Positions 1 through 11,740 of a stretch of DNA of 64,000 nt are shown here, one piece after another. Each line of letters opens with the position of its first letter. Position 1 is the first letter of the stretch. The DNA comes from an uncultured delta proteobacterium. Lineage in GTDB: Bacteria > Desulfobacterota > Desulfomonilia > UBA1062. A model generated the notes under the pieces. That model was given only the letters and a program-made list of their open reading frames with translations. It was not told the origin of the DNA and searched no databases. Made by a program: the position numbers and the translations under genes. Location of the stretch: assembly GCA_963798485.1 (NCBI GenBank), contig CAWCTR010000017.1:32001-96000 (forward strand). Reading direction: 5' to 3'.

Positions 1-1840
1 GGACAGAATAGGTGTTCCTGCGGGCCATCCGGCTCTGACGGCTTTTCTTGGGGTTCCTTTAATCTACGGTGGCAAAACAATCGGCATGATCGCTGTTGCC
101 AACCGTGATGGCGGATACCGCACTGAAGATCAGGAGGATCTGGAGAGCCTAGCACCAGTGGTAATGGAGGCCTTCCTTCGTAAGCGCGCAGAAGAAGCGT
201 TGCACAAGCATCGTGAGCATCTGGAAGAGCTGGTGAAGGAACGGACGATTAAACTGGAAGTAATGAACACACAATTAAAGGAAGAGGTAAACGAACGCAA
301 GCGAGCTGAGGTTGCATTACGTAATAGTGAGGAGAGGTTCCGCACTTCTGTGGGAAACATGCTCGACGGCTTTGCCATTTTCTCCACCATCAGGGATGAT
401 ACAGGGCATATAACAGACTTCCGCTATATGTACGTCAATGATGCTCTTTGCCAAATAAATAAAGAGACTCGTGAGGAACAGATAGGACATACTCTTTTGG
501 AACTTCGTCCGGATTATAAGGAAATGGGCCTGTTCCATGAATACGTAAAGCTCGTAGAGACCGGGCAGCCGGTTATCAAGGAATCATGGACACGTGAGCA
601 TGTAGATGGAGGGGGAAAAAAGCTGAGACAGATAGTTGGCTTTCGGGCTGTCAAGCTGGGCGATGGTATAGCCGTTGCTGTCAGGGATGTTACCGAACGT
701 AAGATCGCGGAGGAGGAGCGAATTAAGAGCGAAGAACAATATCACCGCCTGGTAGAGAATGCGCCGGGTATAGTTTACTCATTTTCGAACAAGAGGGGCG
801 GGATCTATTATTCATCTCGCGTAGAAGAGATCCTGGGATATTCGCCCCAATACCTTTACCAAAATTCGTTTCTCTGGAATACCTTAATTCATCCGGACGA
901 TCAGATCCAAGTTGCCCGGGCTATTGAAGATCTGAAAGCAGGAGCGGCATATATTATAGAATATCGTATCAAGGACAGGGATGGAATCTGGCACATATTT
1001 GTTGACCGGTCCATTGACATACATGAAGAAGACGATGAGACGATTATTGACGGGCTGGCAACAGAAATCACTGAACGTATACACGCTGAAGAAGAAAAAA
1101 AGAAGCTTGAAGTTCAACTCCTACAAGCCCAGAGAATGGAAGCCTTGGGAAAGTTGGCAGGGGGGATAGCGCATGATCTCAATAACATACTCCAGCCAAT
1201 CCTCCTCAACTCAGAGATGATATCAGATAAGCTCACACAAGGGACACAAGAGAGGGAGTATCTTGATCAAATAATCGATGTAGCATATCTTGGAAAAAAC
1301 CTGATCAAGCAGATCAAGATGTTCGGCTCTAGCCAAAAACCGATACTCAAACCTATTCCTATTGGCCAGGTTATACATAAAGCCTTGACCATCGTTAAGC
1401 GAACGATCTCTTCTGATATCAATTTAAATCAACATGTACCCATGAATGAACATCTGGTAAATGCTGATTCAACCCAGATCAATCAACTGGTTCTCAACCT
1501 CTGCACAAATGCAGTTCAGGCCATGAGTCCCAAGGGGGGTACTCTGGATGTATCACTTGATGAAACAGTAGTCACACAATCAACTCCGGCCATTGGCAAT
1601 GATCTCAATCCTGGGAAGTATATGGTACTCACGGTTAGTGATACAGGGTCCGGGATAAATCCTGAGATTATAAAGAACATATTCGACCCATTCTTTACGA
1701 CCAGGAAATCAGACAAAGGCACCGGGCTGGGTCTCTCAGTCGTTTATGAAGTAGTCAAGAATTCCCAAGGTTCTATACTCGTATATAGTGAGGTAGGAAA
1801 GGGAACCCGTTTCGAGATATTTTTTCCCAATACACCTTGA
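1..1840 (+). CDS. GAF/PAS sensor histidine kinase (5' end probably upstream of window)
   Basis: PAS repeats, H-box [12 protein letters not shown]-box [11 protein letters not shown]1 DTGSG, F-box FDPFFTT, G2 GTGLGL. The N-terminus looks like the end of a GAF domain. Confidence 0.92.
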   Translation, partial: DRIGVPAGHPALTAFLGVPLIYGGKTIGMIAVANRDGGYRTEDQEDLESLAPVVMEAFLRKRAEEALHKHREHLEELVKERTIKLEVMNTQLKEEVNERKRAEVALRNSEERFRTSVGNMLDGFAIFSTIRDDTGHITDFRYMYVNDALCQINKETREEQIGHTLLELRPDYKEMGLFHEYVKLVETGQPVIKESWTREHVDGGGKKLRQIVGFRAVKLGDGIAVAVRDVTERKIAEEERIKSEEQYHRLVENAPGIVYSFSNKRGGIYYSSRVEEILGYSPQYLYQNSFLWNTLIHPDDQIQVARAIEDLKAGAAYIIEYRIKDRDGIWHIFVDRSIDIHEEDDETIIDGLATEITERIHAEEEKKKLEVQLLQAQRMEALGKLAGGIAHDLNNILQPILLNSEMISDKLTQGTQEREYLDQIIDVAYLGKNLIKQIKMFGSSQKPILKPIPIGQVIHKALTIVKRTISSDINLNQHVPMNEHLVNADSTQINQLVLNLCTNAVQAMSPKGGTLDVSLDETVVTQSTPAIGNDLNPGKYMVLTVSDTGSGINPEIIKNIFDPFFTTRKSDKGTGLGLSVVYEVVKNSQGSILVYSEVGKGTRFEIFFPNTP

Positions 1841-1876
1841 TTCTCTGGATTAGTTTCTTAACATGATATTACTCAA

Positions 1877-2254
1877 ATGAACAAACAGGCGACGAAACAT
1901 ATTTTACTCGTAGATGACAACATGACGGACCTGTGGAGTTTCCATCAACTGCTTGTCCATTTTGGTTACAATGTGACCTCTACAAACGATCCCCACAAAG
2001 CACTTAACTTCTTCCGTGAAGAACCGGAAAAATATCATATGATCATCACCGATCAATTCATGCCAGACTTGAAAGGTCATGAGCTTGTGGCTTATGTACG
2101 CCAGATACGAGAAGATATACCCGTTATTCTCTGTTCTGGATCAGAAGAGGCCCTGCAGGAACTTCAAGAAGAAAGGAACGACATTCAGAGATTCTTGCCT
2201 AAGCCCTTTTCAAGATCCGAATTAGAGGAAGCTATTCAGGACCTATTAACCTGA
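1877..2254 (+). CDS. Single-domain response regulator (receiver)
   Basis: ILLVDD, TDQFMP (phospho-Asp), CSG and KPF motifs. Homologous to the C-terminal REC domain of 17990..20902. Confidence 0.88.
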   Translation: MNKQATKHILLVDDNMTDLWSFHQLLVHFGYNVTSTNDPHKALNFFREEPEKYHMIITDQFMPDLKGHELVAYVRQIREDIPVILCSGSEEALQELQEERNDIQRFLPKPFSRSELEEAIQDLLT

Positions 2255-2345
2255 CAACCATTTTTTCTGATATTTCACAATAAAGAGCTACACTGAAAAT
2301 AAACAACTTTTATCTGAGTTTTATAGAATCCTGTTATGAAGGATA

Positions 2346-2465
2346 TGTCCTATCCCATAGGACAATCAGCAACCAGACCCAAATCATTACCTGCATTGAG
2401 ATTACATATACTAGGCTGTTATCACTCAACTTATCATAACCAACATCAGTGGCACACCATTTGTA
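2346..2465 (+). promoter_or_regulatory. Palindromic enhancer-like site (TGTCCTAT-N3-ATAGGACA, 2346-2364) and sigma-54-type promoter (TGGCACACCATTTGTA, 2450-2465)
   Basis: TGGCAC -24 box with a TTGT variant -12 box. Both elements recur with identical spacing upstream of the paralogous sigma gene (21962-22081, minus strand). Confidence 0.65.
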
Positions 2466-2547
2466 TAGGTATTCATTCATTAGCTTATAAAATCTGCCCG
2501 GAAATGAAAACCCGGATGGATCAGATTATTAACGAGGGAGGTTAGTT

Positions 2548-2853
2548 ATGAACGTATCAAGTGAATCGACTACCCATAAACCCGGATCAAGTTCCACAAG
2601 AACGACCACACTGTATGATCTCATGGCAGATATCAACGCATCGTCCTGGAGTTCGGAGTTGGGGAACAGCACATGCGATCTTCAGGAGTTTGTGGGAGAT
2701 AATCGAAACAGCCAGGTGGCGGAGGAAGTAGCACGGATGTTCGAAACTGGACAGATCAGGTTCTTGAATATCCAAGATGTTAAAAGAAAATATGCTGCCC
2801 GGTTAAGATGGGTTCAACATCAAATTGAACACCTGATAGCAGGGTGTTTTTGA
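2548..2853 (+). CDS. Hypothetical protein upstream of the sigma factor
   Basis: Strong RBS GGAGG before ATG. The ORF ends 18 bp before the sigma gene. Confidence 0.6.
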   Translation: MNVSSESTTHKPGSSSTRTTTLYDLMADINASSWSSELGNSTCDLQEFVGDNRNSQVAEEVARMFETGQIRFLNIQDVKRKYAARLRWVQHQIEHLIAGCF

Positions 2854-2871
2854 AAGGGGAAGGAACTATAT

Positions 2872-3657
2872 ATGGATGCCAATTATGATTATAATGAGTA
2901 CCAACAATATTATAAAGGGATTCAGAACTACCCTCTTCTTAGCCATGAGAAAGTATGTGAACTTGCAAAACAATACCAGGAAGGCAACGAAGCTGCCGGA
3001 CAGCAAATAATACAAGCAAACCTCAAGTTTGTGGTGAGAGTCAGCAGGAAGTATTTTTATTGCGGTCACAATTGTCTTGATATTATTCAGGAAGGGAATC
3101 TTGGGCTGATACAAGCACTGAATCGCTTTGATCCTGAACGTGGGATACCTTTCATCTACTATGCAGTCTGGTGGATAAAGGCCTTCATCATGGCCTTCAT
3201 GAGCAAGAGTGGAAAGGCACATACGGGAAGCTTGAGTCATGCAAAGAAATTGCTCTCATTGGATGAACATCTAGGGAATGATGATCCTGACAAGGACAGG
3301 TGGGTTGATTTCCTCACCGATGGTAACGATCCGGAAAAAATGTTCCATGGCAAGGAGACATCATCAAATGTTTCATCTCTGCTCGATCACTGCTTCACAT
3401 ACCTCTCCGAAAGAGAGGTATCTGTTTTAAAACAGCGTTATTACTCAGATCCGCCTGTGAAACTTAAAGAGATTGGCTCCCAACTTGGCGTGAGCAGAGA
3501 ACGTGTCAGGCAAATCCAGGTGAGATCTATAGAAAAATTGAAGCAGATCCTGGAAGATCAAGTAAGTAGTTTCTCTGTGTCTAACACCACTGAGCCTTAT
3601 CCATCCTCAGGAAACAGCCTGTTATTATTCATACATAAAGGAGGCTATCAAAACTGA
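2872..3657 (+). CDS. Alternative sigma-70 family factor (RpoH-like size), paralog A
   Basis: Region 1.2 (YQQYYKGIQNYPLLS), region 2 (IIQEGNLGLIQALNRFDPERG, YAVWWI) and region 4 HTH (LKEIGSQLGVSRERVRQIQ). Confidence 0.92.
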   Translation: MDANYDYNEYQQYYKGIQNYPLLSHEKVCELAKQYQEGNEAAGQQIIQANLKFVVRVSRKYFYCGHNCLDIIQEGNLGLIQALNRFDPERGIPFIYYAVWWIKAFIMAFMSKSGKAHTGSLSHAKKLLSLDEHLGNDDPDKDRWVDFLTDGNDPEKMFHGKETSSNVSSLLDHCFTYLSEREVSVLKQRYYSDPPVKLKEIGSQLGVSRERVRQIQVRSIEKLKQILEDQVSSFSVSNTTEPYPSSGNSLLLFIHKGGYQN

Positions 3658-3874
3658 TAGATTTTCATATGGCCAGCTTTATAACAAATTACACAGCACA
3701 TAAAACACATAGCTATGGAACATAGTAAGTTCAGAGAATTGCAATGGGTATAAAGTATGAGGACAAGGCCTACAGAAGGCTGAATGGAGTAAAGGAGAGC
3801 ATCTTCTAGATTATTGACTGATCACGGAACGGTAAACACGGTGTCCCTTCTATTGAAGATGAAAGGAAATTAGT

Positions 3875-4195
3875 ATGAATAGTACTGGAAACAATCGCAA
3901 TTATCATGTCTTCAAATGTCGTTTTCCCGGATGTAACGAGATCATTCCTGTCGAATCATTCAGTTCCTCCACTATCCCATCTATGGGTATCTCTTATCTG
4001 CAGAAGGAAGGGGTGGGATTAAGCCATGATCTTATTGCAGTCGATGCTACCTGTCCATACTGCTCTCGTACAAACCATTTCCAGATAAAAGATAGGATCA
4101 GGCCCATAAGCAGGCAGGAATACGAGGTTCTCAGTCATGTTGTAGAATCAAAATTGTCGCTGATACGGGTAACCTACAAGATTCTGCAAGGTTAA
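3875..4195 (+). CDS. Hypothetical Cys-rich, putative Zn-binding protein
   Basis: CRFPGC and CPYC motifs. RBS AAGGA. Confidence 0.55.
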   Translation: MNSTGNNRNYHVFKCRFPGCNEIIPVESFSSSTIPSMGISYLQKEGVGLSHDLIAVDATCPYCSRTNHFQIKDRIRPISRQEYEVLSHVVESKLSLIRVTYKILQG

Positions 4196-4293
4196 TGATT
4201 AGATGGGTGGAACTGATAGGTTTCTTTCTGTGGAAATCAGCGTGCAGGAGCTGGAAACTGAATTGATAAAGAGCTGTACCCCCCATACCTATC

Positions 4294-4328
4294 GAGGGAG
4301 GGGACTGATAAACCCTCCCTCATTTTTT
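4294..4328 (+). terminator. Intrinsic terminator hairpin
   Basis: GAGGGAGGG...CCCTCCCTC followed by a T-run. Confidence 0.6.
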
Positions 4329-4388
4329 GTACAAGTGAAGCACGAAAACCGTGACTTCTTGTGATCTTAGTCTCCAGGTCTTCTTCGT

Positions 4389-4500
4389 TTAGGGTTTTAT
4401 ATAGGCGTTCAGCCCGATAGTAACAGGTTTACCATCTACTTGAGCAGTGATAACCACGTTCCCTCGCGTGCTTGCAACTACCAGAGTTTTACCGGACGAT
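4389..4500 (-). pseudogene. 5'-truncated remnant of a small conserved hypothetical gene (SSGKTLVVASTRGN...VDGKPVTIGLNAYIKP*)
   Basis: Open frame overlapping the end of the cNMP gene. A second remnant of the same 3' end lies at about 5297-5338. Confidence 0.55.
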
Positions 4501-4986
4501 GTTGGTGATTTCAATCTTCTGCTTCAGATGGGACAGCTCTTCACTGGTTGTACGAAGGCGGTTGGCAAGAATCACGGAGAGAAGCCGATAGTAAACAGCC
4601 TCAAATTCAATCTTTTCCTGTTTTTCCAGTCTGTCCATAAATGATCCGTCTATAGCAAGACAGGCTGTATCTGTTACAGCATACACCGAAGCTGATCTTG
4701 CTTCTCCGTCGATTACCGCCAATTCGCCAAAGGTTCCTCCTTGAGCGTCGAGCCTGGCTATTTCCTTTTCATTCCTGACTATTCTGACCTCACCTTTCAG
4801 GATCACATATAGCCAACAGTCATAATCACCCTGATGAGTAATTACCTCATTAGGAGTGTATCGACGTATTTTGCTTAGTTGTAAAATATTCTTAAGGAGA
4901 TTATCTTCATAAGATTCCAGAAAAGGAATCTTTTTCAAACTATCAATCAGATCGTCTCGTCCTTTAAGATAGGGTGTTTCCTGCAT
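4489..4986 (-). CDS. Cyclic-nucleotide-binding domain protein
   Basis: YVILKGEV and FGELAVIDGEARSASV cNMP-binding signature. Confidence 0.9.
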   Translation of the reverse strand: MQETPYLKGRDDLIDSLKKIPFLESYEDNLLKNILQLSKIRRYTPNEVITHQGDYDCWLYVILKGEVRIVRNEKEIARLDAQGGTFGELAVIDGEARSASVYAVTDTACLAIDGSFMDRLEKQEKIEFEAVYYRLLSVILANRLRTTSEELSHLKQKIEITNIVR

Positions 4987-5520
4987 AATATCTCTCGATA
5001 TCTTACCATCGGTATTGTGAAGACATAAGTTTACAGGACGGAGACTAATGCTCTAGCGATAATATCTACGCATAGAACCCTGTATCACCATAAATAAAGC
5101 CGAATCCGATGAGTGAATACAAACAGAATAAGCTGAAATCGGCTCTGTTGAAATACTGTGACTGGATACCTTTGCCATGGTGATGGTCTATGAATCTTGG
5201 AGGGAGATGCTTGTATAGAAGGATTAAGGGCGAAGTGAGTTATATCAACCCCGGCTTGAAATGAACTCTACCAAGTGCCATTGGGTATTTTTGTTTAGGG
5301 TTTGATATAGGCCTTCAGACCAAAAGTAACAGGTTTCCAGACGTGTACAAAGGGACTTGATAGAATTAATTTTCCATACCTATGGAATCTATTTTCTCTG
5401 AAAATTACTTTCCATATTTCCAACAAATCATATTTACCTAGAATTATTGGTAATTTAAAAGGGATCGCCTAGCATAATTTTTGCTTAAATATTGTACATG
5501 TGTGAAAGGGGGGAAGAACC

Positions 5521-5709
5521 ATGGAACACATTTTTGAGCAAGAAACTCATGTCAAGCATGTCAGGAAAAGGATTTTCTCATTATTTACTGTTTGTATTAT
5601 GGACTATGAGAAAATAGTTACAACACCTGAAATGAGACCGACACTGCAATCCCACATGAAGAAAGTCCAGAATGGCTGTGGCCCGTACCTCATAGACCTG
5701 CAGGTATGA
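5521..5709 (+). CDS. Small hypothetical protein
   Basis: G-rich RBS before ATG. A weak sigma-54-like TAGCAT-N5-TTGCT lies at 5470-5485. Confidence 0.4.
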   Translation: MEHIFEQETHVKHVRKRIFSLFTVCIMDYEKIVTTPEMRPTLQSHMKKVQNGCGPYLIDLQV

Positions 5710-5910
5710 TTGCAACCAACGAACTCTTCTCCTTACTTAAGGGGTGTTTAAGATTTAATCTCTGACTATGGTGTTAAATGATCTCTATTGCTGTCCTGCT
5801 CTGGAAACTTTGCCTGCTTTTCTTATACCAGGAGTATTTTTTCCCTGGATCGATTAAAAGAAGAAGTTTTCAATAAGTTACTTGCCACTCTCGTGACACA
5901 GGCTTTGTAC

Positions 5911-6300
5911 TTAAAAAAGTATAGCCCCCGATCTCTTTCTATGAAACAGCCAGATATAAACTAGGACGTTAACCACAAAGGCCAGAAGGCCCATTAGGAT
6001 CTGGAACTCTCTGGTAAGGCCTTCCGGGTATATGACAGGCTCAATGTAGTGCATGATAAAATCACCCGAATACGGCATTTGTCCTGCCTGTTGTCGTAGA
6101 TAATTCTCCATGGGGGTGAGGGGACAGATGAATCCTGTCAGCTCAATGAAGATACCCCATATAACACACGTGATCTGTATCAATAAAACCTTAGGCCAAA
6201 AAACAGCTATGATCCCGCCGAAAATAACAAAAAGGATAAAACCGAGGTGGATTATAACCACACCATCAGCGAGCACCTGAAACAGGAATACTTCAGTCAT
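5911..6300 (-). CDS. DUF2784-type membrane protein
   Basis: ADGVVIIHLGFILFV, CPLTPMENYLR and FIMHYIEPVIYP motifs. ATG at 6300 chosen as start. Confidence 0.85.
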   Translation of the reverse strand: MTEVFLFQVLADGVVIIHLGFILFVIFGGIIAVFWPKVLLIQITCVIWGIFIELTGFICPLTPMENYLRQQAGQMPYSGDFIMHYIEPVIYPEGLTREFQILMGLLAFVVNVLVYIWLFHRKRSGAILF

Positions 6301-6437
6301 AAAATGGAGAATAGCCGGGACTTTAAGGAATATCAATGGGCGATGATGATCTTGGTTTGAAATCTCCGTCACCAATCACACAATTTCAGAGCGTGTCCTC
6401 TGGCACGAACAACCAGCTTAAACAAAACTATAAATCC

Positions 6438-7805
6438 TTATTCAAAGTTTTCCAGATCGCGGATGATCTCAGAAAGCCGTCTCTTGGTATCGGCCTCGAT
6501 CTCTTCAAGGGCATTCTTTTCACGCGCCTCAAACCGCAGTACGATTACCGGTTGTGTGTTTGACGGTCTCACCAGCCCCCACGTGTCGCCCCTTGTAAAC
6601 CGTACACCGTCGATATCCACACATTCGTCATATTGATCCTTTGCATAGGTCTTGAACCTCTCTACCGCCTCAAACTTTATCTTATCAGGGCATTCAATGC
6701 GGATTTCCGGGGTGTTCTCAAACGTGGGCAGGCTGTCGAAAATCGCCTGGGGGTCTGCCTGACTGGAGAGGATCTCGAGGAGCCTGGCAGATGCATAAAT
6801 TGCATCATCGAACCCGTACCACCGGTCGAGAAAGAATATGTGTCCGCTCATCTCACCGGCCAAGGCTGCCTGTTCATGTACAAGACGTGCCTTCATGAGC
6901 GAGTGGCCTACCTTACCCATAATGGCAATGCCGCCCGCCTTGCCGACCACATCGAAAAATGCCTTGGAGCACTTCACCTCGCCGATGATCTTTGCTCCCC
7001 TCTTTTCCCTTAATATGTCACAGGCAAGGATGGCGGTGATCATATCGCCGTAAACAGTCTTCCCCCTTGCATCAATAACACCGATACGGTCGGCATCCCC
7101 ATCATACCCGATCCCTATGTCGGCACCCCTGCTCAATACTTCCGACTTCAGCATGGCAAGTCCTTCCAACGTGGTAGGGTCCGGGTGGTGATTGGGAAAA
7201 TTACCATCGGGCTCCAGACAAATACCGCTCACCTCCATACCGAGCGCATTGCATACCGCTATAGCAGGGGCGCCTCCGACGCCGTTTCCCGGGTCAATTA
7301 CCACCTTTAAGCGTCTTTTACCGGGTTTGACTCGGGATACTATATCGTCGATATACTCGGGCATGATATCGTAAGAAGTGCACTGCGCCTGTGCATTGAT
7401 GACGCTGCCCTCTTCCATGAGGCACCTGATCTTCTGGATCTCCTGGCCGTAGATAGTCATCTTGCCAAGGGCTATCTTAAACCCATTGTTGTCGGCAGGG
7501 TTATGCGAGCCGGTCACCTCAATTCCCCCATCAACCTTCAGTCTGAAGAGCGAGAAGTACATCACTGGCGTAGGGACCATGCCAAGGTCGACCACCTCGA
7601 TCCCGCTAGCAGTGAGTCCCTTTTTCAGGATCTCTTTGAACCCGGGCGAACTCAGGCGGGCATCCATGCCCAGGCTTATGCGAACAGCGCCTCGTCCATG
7701 GAAATATACACCAAGGGCGCGGGAAAGCCTTTGAACAAACTCTTCATCCAGATCTGTGCCCACAACCCCGCGTATATCGTATTCCCTGAAGACTTCAGGA
7801 TTCAT
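6438..7805 (-). CDS. Phosphomannomutase/phosphoglucomutase (AlgC-like)
   Basis: FREYDIRG, TGSHNP catalytic Ser loop, DGDADR metal loop and GEMSGH. Confidence 0.96.
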   Translation of the reverse strand: MNPEVFREYDIRGVVGTDLDEEFVQRLSRALGVYFHGRGAVRISLGMDARLSSPGFKEILKKGLTASGIEVVDLGMVPTPVMYFSLFRLKVDGGIEVTGSHNPADNNGFKIALGKMTIYGQEIQKIRCLMEEGSVINAQAQCTSYDIMPEYIDDIVSRVKPGKRRLKVVIDPGNGVGGAPAIAVCNALGMEVSGICLEPDGNFPNHHPDPTTLEGLAMLKSEVLSRGADIGIGYDGDADRIGVIDARGKTVYGDMITAILACDILREKRGAKIIGEVKCSKAFFDVVGKAGGIAIMGKVGHSLMKARLVHEQAALAGEMSGHIFFLDRWYGFDDAIYASARLLEILSSQADPQAIFDSLPTFENTPEIRIECPDKIKFEAVERFKTYAKDQYDECVDIDGVRFTRGDTWGLVRPSNTQPVIVLRFEAREKNALEEIEADTKRRLSEIIRDLENFE

Positions 7806-8314
7806 TATCCCTCCTCATACAATCCTTCTATGCTGACCTTTTTGACGCTTATCCATAAAATCTGTCAGAAACATACTAGTTCACCCATAAAAGGCTCGTC
7901 AAGGAACAACACCCCCTCTTTGGGATATTCTTATTGAGTTTATCTTTTTTAAAACAGGCTTTCCCCTATTTGATTTTTATCATCTTCATTCTTGTTTAAT
8001 GGCTTTATTTTGTAAATTTATGAAGGGATCAACTTGAAAATATCTATATCTACGCTGTCACCAGCTTGGTTTTGTATTAATTCTGCAACGGAAAAAAAAT
8101 TCCTGTGTTGTACATTTTCAACACCAATTGGAGAACCACCAAGTATTCCTTTGATTATACTTATATTTATCATTGGCATACAAGTTGTATAAGAAAGTAT
8201 GGAAAAAATTGGGTTATGAATGTTTTGAGGGAGAAAGGTCTTGCGAAGACAATAGATTAAAGTCAAGCAGGGCAAAAATCGAAAAGAGGGAAAACCACTA
8301 AGGAGGAGGATAGG

Positions 8315-9850
8315 ATGAAAAAGGTTTTATTAGCAGTACTGATCGTCTTCTTTGCCTCGGCGCTCTATGCCGGGACATATGTAGACCCGCTCGCAGTAAG
8401 CACACAGGCGGCACGCGACCATGTGTATCCGGCCTTCGGCACGCCCCAGGTCCAGTTCGACATCAGCGGTGAGTTCGACACCAGGGGATTAAGCTGGCAG
8501 AACTTCAATGTGACAAAAGATAGGAACAGTCGATACCAATTATATGAGGAGCTGGCTGGATCTGTGGCCCAAGCTCAAGATCGGCGACACTGCGCTTATT
8601 ACAAAACTCGAGATGGTCGACCAGAACCCATGGGCTGCATATCCCGAGGCGGGCTACTCCGATGACCCTGCGGCCAGCGGGCGCCCTACCAGCAAGAAGA
8701 ACAACATATCCGTGGAACGTTGCTATATCCACCACAACTTTACCCCTGATATCACCATGGAAGCGGGCCTCATGGACGGTGCATGGTGGGGGACCTCCTT
8801 CATGGACACCATGGCTCCAAGATACCGGGTTAAATTCATTGACACCAAGACCCCGGTCGGTCTTGTCGGTGCATTGTTTGAAAAAGATACTGAGACGGGT
8901 GGCCCCATACCTGGCACCACAACAATCACTGCGGGTGCCGATAGAGATGATGGTGATGCCTATGCAATCTTTGGCGTAACAAAGGTAGGTGACATCTATT
9001 TTAAGCCCCTCATCTTCTATGTACCCAACAGTAATTTATCAAGTCTAGTCGCTTCTAAGTATAATACTCCTGATCCACTCGTGCAAGCTGGCCTCCCTGC
9101 AACAACCGATGTGTATCTAACTAGCCTTGACAAGGGCGTTAAAGGTTTAACTGTCGTTTACTATGCCCTTGAATCTGATGGAAAGCTCGGCCCTCTGAGC
9201 TTTGAGTCCGAGATGGGTTTAAAAACATACCGGTCCAGTCTGAACGAAAATTTATATGCAGTTGGTACTTAACCCCAACCAAATGCCAATCCCCTTTATA
9301 CTGCCGGCCAGGTTAATAACAGCTGGAATGAATTTGGCATCTACCTGAATCTCTGGAATGACCTGGACTTCGGCAGGGTAGGCGCCCTGGTGGCCTATGG
9401 CAACTATAATGCCAAGGGCGGACCTGGCAAAACGGGTTGGGGCAACGAATTTCGGCGATGACTTCAAATCCAACCTCATCCTTGGCGATGAAAAAGGCTT
9501 TGGCAGCAAAACTGCCCTAGATCTCTACGGCATGACCCTGATCAAGCCATATCTTAAGTATGTAAAACTCGGTATGGACAATCTCACCGGCAGCGCATCC
9601 CTTGGCTACATTATATCTAACCAGAACGGCATAAACGAGAATGGCGACTTACAGCATTTATAAGGGTGTCAAGGCCTATGAGTTGGACCTCGGCGTACAG
9701 TACAAGCTCTCTCAAAACCTGATGTATAAGGTTGACGGCGGATATGCAAAGGTGTCCGTCGATAAAGATTATTGGGTAGATGCCAATGGCAGCGACAAAT
9801 CACCCGCAGCAATCATGCTGCTCAGGCATGAGATCGTGCTGACTTTCTAA
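8315..9850 (+). pseudogene. Outer-membrane beta-barrel/porin-like gene disrupted by about 3 frameshifts and 1 in-frame stop
   Basis: Signal peptide after GGAGGAGG RBS, then consecutive ORF pieces 8315, 8544, 9273+, 9397 and 9641. C-terminal beta-signal HEIVLTF ends in Phe, with a terminator directly after. Confidence 0.8.
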
Positions 9851-9871
9851 GAGCTCATATCACGACAATAT

Positions 9872-9905
9872 AAAAAGCCCGCCTTTTTCAGGCGGGCTTT
9901 TTTTA
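9872..9905. terminator. Bidirectional intrinsic terminator
   Basis: AAAAAGCCCGCCT-TTTTC-AGGCGGGCTTTTTTT. Confidence 0.9.
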
Positions 9906-9917
9906 TCCGTCGTTTGT

Positions 9918-9990
9918 TGTAGGAGCGCCTTCAGGCGCGATATTGACAGATGCGAGAGTCGGAAAAATCGCGGCTAAAGCCGCTCCTACA
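9918..9990. repeat. Inverted pair of GTAG-family REP sequences (REPIN-like)
   Basis: GTAGGAGCGCCTTCAGGCGCGAT ... ATCGCGGCTAAAGCCGCTCCTAC. Confidence 0.8.
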
Positions 9991-10021
9991 AAAGCCCTTA
10001 CAGACGTTCCTCCACCGACAC

Positions 10022-11736
<1,715 letters not shown>

Positions 11737-11740
<4 letters not shown>

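Noticed and set aside
8315-9850. Programmed frameshifting or recoding in the porin gene
   Set aside because: Four independent lesions including a TAA, and no obvious slippery tracts. Decay is simpler.
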